Source: Candidatus Cloacimonadales bacterium
GTDB taxonomy: Bacteria; Cloacimonadota; Cloacimonadia; Cloacimonadales; JAFGVF01
Assembly (NCBI GenBank): GCA_963662585.1
Contig: OY759729.1
Location: forward strand, 1,312,001-1,376,000
Reading direction: 5' to 3'
DNA length: 64,000 bases
The notes below the pieces were generated by a model. The model saw nothing but the letters and a program-made list of their open reading frames with translations, was not told the DNA's origin and ran no database searches. Of this stretch, positions 39,392 to 49,503 are shown piece after piece (within the stretch, counting starts at the first letter, position 1; every line of letters begins with the position of its first letter). A program made the translations under genes and the position numbers.

Positions 39392-41502
39392 ATCGAGTAG
39401 GGTGGTGCGTTAGCACCATCCCTCTCACAGAACCGTGCGTACGGGACTCGTACACGGCTCCTGATAAACCTTGTAATTATTCATAATAATTAAATAAAAC
39501 ACTTGTAGGTTTCGATAGTAAGTCATATAGCCCTAATTGCTCAAACCATTCATTAGGTAAAGCTCTATGAATATGATAACAACCAGAATTCCTCCAATGT
39601 GTCATAGATATTTTCGGAAAATCACTTTTATGCCCAACTCTTCTAAGTTGTTGGTGAAAAGCTTTCCAACTTTTCCATTCCCGCATTTTCTTCATTCTTA
39701 GTCGCCGCCTTATCCATGATAATAGAGACTGAAAGACTCCTTTGCAATTTGCCACCCTAAAGTAATTCGACCAACCTCTCAATATCGGATTAAGTCTTTT
39801 AATCATTGTCTGGACATTAATTCCGCTATTCCGTGGAGTCAGTGACCGAATCTTATCTTTGAACGCTTTTACTCTTTTATCCTCTATCTTTACATATGAT
39901 TCATGTATTTCGAAGCCAAGATACTTGACTCCTTTAAATACACTCGCAATATGTGTCTTTTCTTCATTTACGATGAGATAAATTGAGTTTAGATATTCTA
40001 CCGCAATTCGTTGATATTGTTCTGCTTTTTTCTTAGTCTTAGCAAAAAGTAAAATGTCATCAGCATAGCGTACTATCTCGATTCCTCGACTTTTCATTTC
40101 TTGGTCAAAACTATCAAGATATATGTTCATAAGAAGTGGAGAGATTACCCCTCCTTGTGGACTTCCTACTTCAGTTTCGCTATACTTCCCTTCTTGCATA
40201 ACACCAGACTTTAAGATTTTCTCTATCAACTTTAATAATGTTCCGTCACTTATTTTCCTATTTAATGATTGCATTATGAATTTATGATTTAATGTATCAA
40301 AACATTTTGATAAATCCATATCCACTACAAAAGGAAGCTCTTCCTGAACCATTAATATATGTGCTTTAGCCACTGCCTTTTGACAACTTTTGTTGGGACG
40401 GTAGCCATAGCTTTGTGGATGAAAATCAGGTTCAAAAATTGGTTGGATGATGTTATTTATTGCCTGCTGTACGATTCTATCTTTTACAGTAGGTATTCCT
40501 AATGGCCTCATCTTACCATTTCCTTTAGGTATCTCTACCCGTTTCACAGGTGATGGGATATACTTCCCACTTTTCAATTCTAAATGAATCTGCTCTAAGT
40601 TCTCTTGTAGAGTCTCACCAAACTTAGATATAGTAATATTATCTATACCTTCTGCACCTCTATTTTTCTTTACCTTTAGGAAAGATTCATAGAGATTACC
40701 TTTTGAGTAAACTTTATCAATTAAACTGTACCACTTTTTCATTTAGTTTCTCCTTTTTCACAATAAACAATGTTTAAATTATACTTTCAAATGACAGTTA
40801 ATTCAATGAAGACCTTCGAAGTTTTTAGCATAAAGCAATCTATCAAAGATTTTATAGGTTTTGACTATTATCCTTTTTTTAACTTCATCTACTCAGTCTC
40901 GTAAGGTCATGATAGAAAGAAGGTACTCACCACCGTCTATCCGAGCCTTGAATCTTTCGATTCTCTTCGTTTCCTACTTTTAAGAAAATATCTCTTTAAT
41001 TATGTTTATTCTTTGGTTTATCTTCATCCCTTCACATGAGATATTTCCTTTTGAAAAATATCCCCCAATATTACTAAGAATATTGTCCCCTCTGTTTTAT
41101 CCTCCAGTCTGTCACCAGCTTTCATAGGCAAAGGGTTAGTCACTACTACGGAATCATCTGCCACCTGCTTATGCTTAATACAACTCTTGCCTTTCAGCTT
41201 GTAGTCATAGTTACTCTATTAGAGACATTAACAGGCTTCCCCAGTTAAGCTATCCTGCCTGAATGTAAATCCATCTGTTGTAATCCATGTAATCGACTGA
41301 CTTTTGGGCGTTCTCACTTTTCGAAGAGTTACCCACTACATGAACCAAAATCAGTTTACTTTCGCTATGTTCCACATTCTTCCTGCGTCTTACTTCAGAC
41401 CCTGCCGTTGCCAGCAACGCCCTTGACCTCAGATTGACTTCCTGTCAGTTGGGTGTCAGGACTTCTTTCAGTCCATCGGCTCAGATAACATTCTGGGCAA
41501 AC
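39392..41502 (-). mobile_element. Group II intron, class IIC-like, apparently complete
   Basis: 5' end GTTTGCCCAG (boundary 41500-41502) just after a terminator hairpin; DV GAGCCGTGTACGAGTCCCGTACGCACGGTTC, then TGTGAGAGG; DVI ends CCCTACTCGAT at 39392; internal RT ORF. Confidence 0.9.
39477..40742 (-). CDS. ltrA: Group II intron reverse transcriptase/maturase (no endonuclease domain)
   Basis: RPLGIPTVKDRIVQ, SYGYRP, DLSKCFD, GSPQGGVISP, RYADD, LNPILRGWSNYF; 421 aa. Confidence 0.95.
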   Translation of the reverse strand: MKKWYSLIDKVYSKGNLYESFLKVKKNRGAEGIDNITISKFGETLQENLEQIHLELKSGKYIPSPVKRVEIPKGNGKMRPLGIPTVKDRIVQQAINNIIQPIFEPDFHPQSYGYRPNKSCQKAVAKAHILMVQEELPFVVDMDLSKCFDTLNHKFIMQSLNRKISDGTLLKLIEKILKSGVMQEGKYSETEVGSPQGGVISPLLMNIYLDSFDQEMKSRGIEIVRYADDILLFAKTKKKAEQYQRIAVEYLNSIYLIVNEEKTHIASVFKGVKYLGFEIHESYVKIEDKRVKAFKDKIRSLTPRNSGINVQTMIKRLNPILRGWSNYFRVANCKGVFQSLLSWIRRRLRMKKMREWKSWKAFHQQLRRVGHKSDFPKISMTHWRNSGCYHIHRALPNEWFEQLGLYDLLSKPTSVLFNYYE

Positions 41503-41505
41503 AAC

Positions 41506-41529
41506 AAAGGCACGATTTCTCGTGCCTTT
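41506..41529 (-). terminator. Intrinsic terminator of buk; intron target hairpin
   Basis: AAAGGCACG-AGAAAT-CGTGCCTTT then GTT and the intron. Confidence 0.85.
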
Positions 41530-41556
41530 ATCATTCTATCTAATTTTTAATAAATA

Positions 41557-42636
41557 TTACTTTCCGTAGATTTTAGCTTCTTCTAAACCTTTAAGAACTC
41601 TAATTCCACCTTGACATAAAGCTTCCATCTCTTTTTCACCAGGGAAAAGCTCGATTGGAGCAATGAATTTAACTCTATCAGAAATAGTTTCTACAATCAT
41701 ATCATTATATACTAAGCCACCGGACATAAAGATAAGATCAACTTTTCCCTTAAGAACAGTAGCACAAGAACCAACTTCTTTAGCTACTTGATAGCACATT
41801 GCATCCTGAATTAATTTAGCTTTTTTATCGCCATTTTTAATCATTTCTGCAACATCTCTACCATCATCGGTACCTAAATAAGCAAGATATCCAGCTTTTT
41901 TAGATAAGTAGCCTAGTAATTCTTTCTTTGTATATTCACCAGAATAACACATTTCAATAAGATCACCTATTGGTAAAGCACCTGCTCTCTGAGGAGAGAA
42001 AGGTCCCATTCCGAGAAGAGCATTATTAACATCCACAACTCTACCATCTTTGATAGCAGCAACAGAAACACCACCACCCATGTGAATACCAATCATATTG
42101 CATTCAGAAAGAGGCTTGCCTAATTTTTCAGCTAATAAACGAGCTATATATCTAATATTTAAAGCGTGAAAAAGTGATTGTCTTTTAATTTCAGGAATAC
42201 CAGAAACTCGAGCAATTTCATCAAATTCATCAACCACAACAGGGTCAACGATATAAGCAGGAATACCATAATCGTTAGCTATTGATTCAGAGATAAAAGC
42301 TCCTAGATTAGAAGCGTGAATTCTTCCCCATAAAGCAGGGTCACTAAGATCTTTCTTCATCTCTTCATTAACAGTATAAGTTCCACCAGCTATAGCCTTC
42401 ATTAGACCACCTCGGCCTACTACAGCAACTAAGCTTTTTGGATCTACGCTGTTCTCTGCCATTGCTTCTAAAACTAACTTCTTTCTGTAATCATACTGCT
42501 CAATTATGCCACCAAAATTGTCTAATACTTCAGCATCATGTCTTAATGTTTTAGTAAAAACTTCTTTGTGATCATCATAAACTGCGATTTTTGTTGATGT
42601 TGAACCAGGATTAATTGCTAATACGCGATTTTCCAT
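41557..42636 (-). CDS. buk: Butyrate kinase
   Basis: True start MENRVLAINPGSTSTK (SD GGAGG); VGRGG, HASNLG, DPVVVDE, HALN, HMGGGVSV, PGEKEM. Confidence 0.95.
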   Translation of the reverse strand: MENRVLAINPGSTSTKIAVYDDHKEVFTKTLRHDAEVLDNFGGIIEQYDYRKKLVLEAMAENSVDPKSLVAVVGRGGLMKAIAGGTYTVNEEMKKDLSDPALWGRIHASNLGAFISESIANDYGIPAYIVDPVVVDEFDEIARVSGIPEIKRQSLFHALNIRYIARLLAEKLGKPLSECNMIGIHMGGGVSVAAIKDGRVVDVNNALLGMGPFSPQRAGALPIGDLIEMCYSGEYTKKELLGYLSKKAGYLAYLGTDDGRDVAEMIKNGDKKAKLIQDAMCYQVAKEVGSCATVLKGKVDLIFMSGGLVYNDMIVETISDRVKFIAPIELFPGEKEMEALCQGGIRVLKGLEEAKIYGK

Positions 42637-42732
42637 AATTCCTCCATTATTTAATTTTATCTTTTCCCAAAAAAATAGATACAGGGAAATATGGTCAAGA
42701 AGTAATTGAATAAAATTTTTATCTTGATGTAA

Positions 42733-42767
42733 GAGAATTGAGAATTTAGAATTGAGAATTGAGAATT
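42733..42767. repeat. Heptamer microsatellite (GAGAATT)x5
   Basis: GAGAATT GAGAATT TAGAATT GAGAATT GAGAATT. Confidence 0.85.
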
Positions 42768-43339
42768 CACACGAATTATCGCTTATTAAAACAAATTTCA
42801 CCAATCTTGGGGCTTATTGCTTTACACCCTTCTGGGAAACCACCCCGTCAGAGAAATACACTGCCACACTTCCAAAGAGGGGAATTAAAAACCCATAAAA
42901 CCGCCAGGGATAAGCTACACCAACCCAGGCGACTGAAGAAAATCTCCCGAAGCGATTTAGACAGTACAACACAATCACCTAGTGTACATGTACCAGCCTT
43001 CAAGCTTTATCTTTCTTTGGTCATCAACTCCTCCTTCACACTCATCTTAAATAATATTCGGATTCTAATTAGGAGGAGTGAGAAGGAGCACCCAAAGAGC
43101 TTAAAGAGATGACCTTTGATAGATTCAAGAAGATAGTATCCTAACAAAATTTAAGGGCAAAAGAGGTTTTTCCCTACTTTAAGGTCTTTTCTTCATTCGT
43201 GTAATTCGTGTATAGATTTTTCTTTATTAACTCTGTTATCTCTAGCTCCTGCCTTCTATTCTTCTCCAAAAGCAAAAAAATGCTAGCATTAAGCAGTTTA
43301 TTACTTATATTAATAAAAAAAAATCGAATAGGAAGCCAC

Positions 43340-44710
43340 ATGAGGATAGAAGAAGATTTAATTGGTGATTATGAGATAGAAAAAGATAGATTGTATGGAA
43401 TAAATACTGCGAGGGCATTGGATAATTTCAGGATATCGAATTTAAGAATGCCAGCAATATTTATTAAAGCATTAGCTCAGGTAAAGTTAGCTTCAGCAAG
43501 AACTAATTTCCAGCTAGCTTATCTTGATGATGAGAAATATGAAGCTATGTTCTCCGCTTTGGATGAAATTATTTCAGGTAAGCATGATGGTGAGTTTGTT
43601 ACCGATGCTCTACAAGGTGGTGCGGGTACTTCCACAAATATGAATATGAATGAAGTTGTTGCTAATTTGGCTAACAAATATTTAGGTCATGAAATTGGCA
43701 GTTATCAGGAAGTAAAGCCTCTTGCCGATGTAAATATGCATCAATCAACTAATGATGTATATCCTAGTGCAGTAAGAATTGCCATTCTCTATCTTCTTAA
43801 AGATTTAGAGAAAGATCTAGCAGATTTACAAGAAGCCTTTCAAGCAAAAGAACAAGAATTTCATGATATTGTCAAGATTGGTAGAACTCAACTTCAAGAG
43901 GCTGTCCCAATGACTTTAGGTATGGAATTCTCAGCTTATGCAGAGGCTATTTCCCGGGATAGATGGAGAATCTTTAAATGTCGTGAAAGAATAAAAGTTT
44001 TAAATCTAGGTGGAACAGCTATTGGAACTGGTGTTGGTGCTCCTCAAAAGTATATTTTCAAAGTAGTGGAGAATCTGAAAGAAATTACTGGATTAGTGAT
44101 TGCTCGCTCTGAGAACTTAGTGGAAACAACCCAAAATCTTGATCCTTTCGTAGAGATTTCTGGGATGATCAAGACTGTAGCTGTAAATCTTTTTAAGATT
44201 AGTAATGATTTAAGGCTTCTTTCAAGTGATATGGGCGAGATTAATCTTCCTGCCTTGCAAAGTGGTTCTACAATAATGCCGACAAAGATAAATCCCGTAA
44301 TGCCTGAAGCTGTTTCCCAGGTTGCCTTAAAGGTTATTGCCAATGACTCAATTGTGACCAATGCTGCAGCTCTTGGAAACTTAGAGTTGAATCAATTCAT
44401 GCCTCTCATAGCTTATAGTATGCTGGAATCTTTAGAGATTTTACATAGTGTAATACCACTTTTCCAAGACAAGTGTATTAAGGGAATAACAGCTAATCCT
44501 CAAGTGTGCAAAGATAAGCTTTTTAGAAGTAGAACTATCGCAACTATTTTCGTGCCAATCCTAGGATATTCAAAAGTTGAAGAGTTAATCAAAGAATCTC
44601 TTGCCAAAAAAGTTAATATAAAAGATTTGATTATTGCAGAGAAGCTTCTTAATGAAGCAGAAATAGATGAATTATTGAGTCCTAATAGAATGTATAAATT
44701 AGGATTTTAG
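43340..44710 (+). CDS. aspA: Aspartate ammonia-lyase
   Basis: Likely start MRIEEDLIG; YGINTARA, QGGAGTSTNMN, HQSTNDVYP, GRTQLQEAVP, GSTIMPTKINP, LELN. Confidence 0.9.
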   Translation: MRIEEDLIGDYEIEKDRLYGINTARALDNFRISNLRMPAIFIKALAQVKLASARTNFQLAYLDDEKYEAMFSALDEIISGKHDGEFVTDALQGGAGTSTNMNMNEVVANLANKYLGHEIGSYQEVKPLADVNMHQSTNDVYPSAVRIAILYLLKDLEKDLADLQEAFQAKEQEFHDIVKIGRTQLQEAVPMTLGMEFSAYAEAISRDRWRIFKCRERIKVLNLGGTAIGTGVGAPQKYIFKVVENLKEITGLVIARSENLVETTQNLDPFVEISGMIKTVAVNLFKISNDLRLLSSDMGEINLPALQSGSTIMPTKINPVMPEAVSQVALKVIANDSIVTNAAALGNLELNQFMPLIAYSMLESLEILHSVIPLFQDKCIKGITANPQVCKDKLFRSRTIATIFVPILGYSKVEELIKESLAKKVNIKDLIIAEKLLNEAEIDELLSPNRMYKLGF

Positions 44711-44718
44711 GAGAAATA

Positions 44719-45789
44719 ATGAAAACTTATAATTGGGATAATTTATCCAAAAATGATATGATAGAATTAATATCCACTAATGATAAGCTTTTACTTCAAA
44801 AGATGTATGACGAAGCTTACAAAGTGAAATTAAGATATGTAGGAAATACTGTTTATTTCCGTGGTTTAGTAGAGTTTAGTAATATCTGTACCAAAGATTG
44901 CCTTTACTGTGGAATTAGAAAAGGTAATGATAGAGTTGATAGATACTGTCTTTCCAAAGAAGATATTTTACAGTCTGCAAAATGGGCTCATGACCATAAC
45001 TATGCCTCCTTTGTTTTGCAATCTGGTGAAAGAACAGATGAAGAATTTGTTTCTTTTGTAGAAGAGGTATTATACGAAATTAAAGATAAATATGGATTAG
45101 GTGTAACTCTTTCTCTAGGGGAAGAGAGTCGAGAGACTTACCGTAGATGGAGAAAAGCAGGGGCAAGTAGATATCTACTTAGAATTGAAAGCTCTAATCC
45201 TGAAATTTACAAACTAATTCATCCAGAAGAGTGTGATTTCCAGGCCAGACTTCAAGCAATAGAAGATTTGAGAGCTGAAGATTATCAGGTTGGAACTGGA
45301 GTTATGATAGGCCTACCAACTCAGACTGCTGAAGATTTAGTCAATGATATTCTCTTTTTCAAAGAACATGACATTGATATGATAGGTATGGGACCTTATA
45401 TTGTACATCATGATACCCCAATGGCTGCCATGATGAAAGATTATGATCCTGCTCATCAATTGGAATTAGGACTTAAAATGATAGCTTTAACTAGACTTTA
45501 TCTCAAGGATGTTAATATTGCTTCTACAACAGCTTTACAAACTTTAGATTCCCTTGGTAGAGAACGAGGTATCTTGGCTGGAGCTAATATTTGTATGCCA
45601 GTTGTTTATGAATCTGTCAATAGAAAGAACTATCTGCTTTATGATAATAAACCTGCTCTTACAGAAACCAGTGAAGAAAATATGAAAGCTTTTGAGAAAT
45701 CTATTCATCGCATTGGGGAAAATATCGGTTACGGGGTAATGGGTAATTCTCCTCACTATAAAAAGAGAAAGGAAGCGAATAATGGCTAA
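44719..45789 (+). CDS. hydE: [FeFe]-hydrogenase maturase HydE (radical SAM)
   Basis: RGLVEFSNICTKDCLYCG, RYLLRIE, GTGVMIGLP, GMGPYI, STTAL, YLLYDNK; adjacent to hydF. Confidence 0.92.
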   Translation: MKTYNWDNLSKNDMIELISTNDKLLLQKMYDEAYKVKLRYVGNTVYFRGLVEFSNICTKDCLYCGIRKGNDRVDRYCLSKEDILQSAKWAHDHNYASFVLQSGERTDEEFVSFVEEVLYEIKDKYGLGVTLSLGEESRETYRRWRKAGASRYLLRIESSNPEIYKLIHPEECDFQARLQAIEDLRAEDYQVGTGVMIGLPTQTAEDLVNDILFFKEHDIDMIGMGPYIVHHDTPMAAMMKDYDPAHQLELGLKMIALTRLYLKDVNIASTTALQTLDSLGRERGILAGANICMPVVYESVNRKNYLLYDNKPALTETSEENMKAFEKSIHRIGENIGYGVMGNSPHYKKRKEANNG

Positions 45790-46990
45790 AGTTCCACGCG
45801 GTGAAAGGTTAGTTCTTACTCTAATAGGTAAAAGAAATGCTGGTAAATCGTCCCTGATTAACGCCATGACTGGTCAAGAAATCTCCATTGTTTCAGATAC
45901 TCCAGGAACCACAACAGATCCAGTTGCAAAAGCTTATGAATTGCTTCCTCTTGGTGCTGTTACTATCTATGATACAGCAGGTATCGATGATGTGGGAGAT
46001 TTAGGTGAGCAAAGAGTCAAGAAAACCCGTAAGATTCTCTTCAGAACAGATGTGGCAATTGTTGTTACTGATAGCACAGAAGTTGATAATGATTTACAGA
46101 AGATTATTGTTGATCTCCAAGTAATGAAAGTTCCTTTTATTGTTGCCTTTAACAAGAATGACCTTAACCCTCTTCCTAAAACAACCAGAGAATTTTGTAA
46201 AAGTAATAATATTCCCTTTACTTCTGTTTCCGGAACTAGCGGAGATGGGGTGAAAATGCTGAAGGAGAAACTTGTTACTTTAGTACCGTCTTCTCTCACT
46301 CATGAAAATAACTTAGTTTCAGATTTACTTCGTCCTGGCCAACTTGTAGTCTTGGTTGTTCCTATAGATTTGGCAGCTCCTAAAGGGAGATTAATTCTTC
46401 CTCAAGTGCAAGTACTTAGAGAAGTTTTAGACTCTGATGCGGTAGGTATTATCGTTAAGGAGAGAGAATTAGAGAAAGCTTTGGCAGGATTAAGTAGAAA
46501 ACCTGACCTAGTAATAACCGATTCTCAAGTAGTTCTAAAAGTAGTGGGAGATATTCCTCCTGATGTAAGATTCACTACTTTTTCCACTCTTTTTGCTCGT
46601 TATAAAGGTGATTTTGAAACACTTATCAATGGTGCCAAGGCTATCGACAAACTCAAAGATGGTTCTAAGATTCTTATTGCCGAAGCATGTTCTCATCATA
46701 CTCAAGCTGATGATATTGGGACTGTAAAAATTCCCCGTTGGATGAGACAGTTTACCGGCAAAGAACTTATCTTTGAAAAGAGTGCTGGAAATGACTTTCC
46801 TGAGAATTTGGAAGAATATGACTTAGTCCTTCATTGTGGTTCATGTATGCTTAATCAGATTGAGATGAAACGCAGGATTATGGAGTGCGAACGCAGAGGT
46901 GTGCCAATCTCTAACTATGGAATAACAATCTCTAAGCTTCACGGAGTCTTAGATAGAGTCATCGAACCTTTCTTTATGAGAAGCAAATAA
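45782..46990 (+). CDS. hydF: [FeFe]-hydrogenase maturase GTPase HydF
   Basis: GKRNAGKSS, GTTTDPV, DTAG, NKND, APKGRLILPQ, EACSHH...HCGSCM. Confidence 0.96.
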   Translation: MAKVPRGERLVLTLIGKRNAGKSSLINAMTGQEISIVSDTPGTTTDPVAKAYELLPLGAVTIYDTAGIDDVGDLGEQRVKKTRKILFRTDVAIVVTDSTEVDNDLQKIIVDLQVMKVPFIVAFNKNDLNPLPKTTREFCKSNNIPFTSVSGTSGDGVKMLKEKLVTLVPSSLTHENNLVSDLLRPGQLVVLVVPIDLAAPKGRLILPQVQVLREVLDSDAVGIIVKERELEKALAGLSRKPDLVITDSQVVLKVVGDIPPDVRFTTFSTLFARYKGDFETLINGAKAIDKLKDGSKILIAEACSHHTQADDIGTVKIPRWMRQFTGKELIFEKSAGNDFPENLEEYDLVLHCGSCMLNQIEMKRRIMECERRGVPISNYGITISKLHGVLDRVIEPFFMRSK

Positions 46991-47021
46991 TTCCTAGGTT
47001 AAGCAAATAATTGAAGGGCTA

Positions 47022-47291
47022 ATGGGGAATATTGCGTTTTGGATTCTAATTCTACAGATATCTTTATTATCTGCTGTTCAGGATAATCAATCTAAGTTAA
47101 ATATAAATAACATTACAAAAGATTACTTAGAAAATACTCAAGAAGATCATGGCTCAAGTAATAAGAAAATATCTTTCTTTAATAATAACAAAGTTGATAG
47201 TTACTTTGCTGTCACCTTTGGTTTAAATAAATCTTTTCTTTATTCATCAACGAATGATAAAGAGCTTATTCTTGAAATTATAGCACCATAA
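47022..47291 (+). CDS. Short hypothetical secreted protein, possibly a truncated remnant
   Basis: Hydrophobic N-terminus; stop codon overlaps the SD of the next gene. Confidence 0.35.
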   Translation: MGNIAFWILILQISLLSAVQDNQSKLNINNITKDYLENTQEDHGSSNKKISFFNNNKVDSYFAVTFGLNKSFLYSSTNDKELILEIIAP

Positions 47292-47301
47292 GGAGATAAT
47301 T

Positions 47302-49185
47302 ATGGATACTAAAATGTTTCTAACACTGCTTCTCGTCTTGCTGACTGCAAGTTGCTTAGCTAGTGAAAATTTAGACTATCATGACTTAGGAAAGATACAC
47401 ACTATTACTCAATACAAAAATAATAAACTTCATGGCCAACAAAAACTTTATTATGTAAATGGTGATATAAAAGTAATCTCAAATTATAAGAATGGCAAAA
47501 AACATGGTGAGCATATGGAGTATCTCAGCAATGAGTACTTATACAGAAAAGGTCATTTCAAGAATGGTAAAAAGCATGGCGAGTTTCTTGAATATTTCGA
47601 AAACTATAAAAGTATGTATTCTTCAAGCACTATTCTTCATGTTGGTCTGAAATCTAAACGCTATTATAAAGATGATAAATTGCAAGGACCGCAAATAGAT
47701 TACTCTGGAAATGATATAGCATACTCTAAAAGAGATCATGTTGATGGTATCGAGGATCGGGAAAGTATAGTGTACTATCAGAATGGAAATATAAGGTCAA
47801 AAATCCAATATAAAGATGGAAAGAAAAATGGCCAGACTATAGAATATAATGAAGATGGCAACATAGACTATATAGCCCATTTTAAAGATAATATTCTAGA
47901 TGGGGAGTATACAAAATATTCCTCAAGCGGAAATAAAATCTATACTTCTAACTATAAAGATGGTAATTTAGAAGGAAAGACTATCATCTACTTAGAAAAT
48001 GGAGAAATAGACACTCGCAAAAATATTGAACTTATTGAATACCATAAGAATGGGAATATCGCTTCGAAAGTAAATTATGTAGATGGAATAGAAAATGGTG
48101 AATTCAGTGAATACGATAAAGATGGTAATATTAAAACAAAAGGTTACCTAAAGAATCGAGCAAGACATGGAGAGTTTACAACATACAATAGAGAAGGAAA
48201 AATACTCTCCATAATAAGTTTCCTTAACGGGGTGGGAAACGGTCTCTGTACCTACTACTATCCTGATGGATCAGTAGCGAGTAAAGCTAATTATATAGGC
48301 TGTAAAAAGGATGGAGAGTATCTTGAATATGCTTATAATGGTAAGCTAACAGTTAAAGCGAATTATAAGAATGGAGAGAGACATGGCTTAAGCCAAGAGT
48401 ATCATGATAATGGAGAAAAAAAGTATATATTTAATTATAAAGATGGGAAAAGGCATGGAGAATGTATAATATATAGCGAAAATGGTACTCTTATCAGTAA
48501 AACAAATTTCGTTGAAGATAAAATAGTTGGCAAATACAGATCATACCATGACAATGGTAATAGAAATATGGAAGGACAATATATTGATGGTAAAGCGCAT
48601 GGATTGTTTATAAATTACAGTTATTTTAGGGATAACAAAGTCTCTGAAACTAATTATATCGAGGGCAAAAAGCAAGGTATTCAGACAGAATACGATTATA
48701 ATAATGGTAACAAAACAACTGAAGTTAATTATAAAAATGATAAAAAAGATGGTTGGATTATTGAGTTTGGAGAAAAGGGAAATATCAAGGAGAAAATTAA
48801 TTATAAAGACGATCTTAAAAATGGAGAGAACATTCTCTATTATGACTCTGGGGAGATCAAGTCAGTAAGCAATTATATCGATGATGAAAAGTGTGGTAAA
48901 TATATAAAGTACTATAAAAATGGGAATAAGATGCTTGAATATAATTATCAAAATGGAGCTTTAGAAGGTAAAATAATTTGCTATTTAGAAAATGGAGAAA
49001 TAGACACAAGAAAAAAGATTGAATTTATTGAGTATTATGAAAATGGTCAAGTGATGCGAATTACCCATTTGGTCAATGGTAAAAGAGAAGGTGAATGTAT
49101 TACTTTCTATGATAACGAAAAGAGAATTAGCATGAATTTTAGAAACTTTGAACCAGTTTTTGAATCATCTCCTTTTTCATATTGA
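47302..49185 (+). CDS. Secreted MORN-variant repeat protein (YwqK-like)
   Basis: Signal peptide; many YxxGxxxG...Y(Y/H)xNG repeats of about 24 aa. Confidence 0.85.
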   Translation: MDTKMFLTLLLVLLTASCLASENLDYHDLGKIHTITQYKNNKLHGQQKLYYVNGDIKVISNYKNGKKHGEHMEYLSNEYLYRKGHFKNGKKHGEFLEYFENYKSMYSSSTILHVGLKSKRYYKDDKLQGPQIDYSGNDIAYSKRDHVDGIEDRESIVYYQNGNIRSKIQYKDGKKNGQTIEYNEDGNIDYIAHFKDNILDGEYTKYSSSGNKIYTSNYKDGNLEGKTIIYLENGEIDTRKNIELIEYHKNGNIASKVNYVDGIENGEFSEYDKDGNIKTKGYLKNRARHGEFTTYNREGKILSIISFLNGVGNGLCTYYYPDGSVASKANYIGCKKDGEYLEYAYNGKLTVKANYKNGERHGLSQEYHDNGEKKYIFNYKDGKRHGECIIYSENGTLISKTNFVEDKIVGKYRSYHDNGNRNMEGQYIDGKAHGLFINYSYFRDNKVSETNYIEGKKQGIQTEYDYNNGNKTTEVNYKNDKKDGWIIEFGEKGNIKEKINYKDDLKNGENILYYDSGEIKSVSNYIDDEKCGKYIKYYKNGNKMLEYNYQNGALEGKIICYLENGEIDTRKKIEFIEYYENGQVMRITHLVNGKREGECITFYDNEKRISMNFRNFEPVFESSPFSY

Positions 49186-49228
49186 TATTGCAGGAGCACT
49201 TCCACTTAGCCTTGATTATTATTTTGAT

Positions 49229-49254
49229 AAAAAAAAGCTCCCACAAGGGAGCCT
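49229..49254 (-). terminator. Intrinsic terminator for the ECF operon
   Basis: Minus strand GCTCCC-TTGT-GGGAGC followed by a T run. Confidence 0.7.
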
Positions 49255-49503
49255 AACTCTTAAGAAATTCAATACTTGATTTAGTAATTTATATTATAAA
49301 TCACTAAATTGGGAAAACACATTATCATATTTCTAAATCACACATGAATATAATATTCTATATTAAAAATTAGTCAAACTCTTTCAAGCTGAAAAGCTCT
49401 CCTATATATCCTAAATGCAATAGAATAGAATGAATTACTCTAGTGCAGTAATAATTGCTTTAAAGCAAGACTTTACTTATTGATTTCTTTCGGAAAAGAA
49501 TCT

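Noticed and set aside
39477..40742. Retron, DGR or defence-associated RT belonging to the island
   Set aside because: The RT has a maturase X domain and is enclosed by recognisable group II intron 5' and DV/DVI sequences.
42637..43339. ORF 42759..43112 and the N-terminal extensions of buk and aspA
   Set aside because: They run through microsatellite and hairpin DNA; the recognisable proteins begin at 42636 and 43340.
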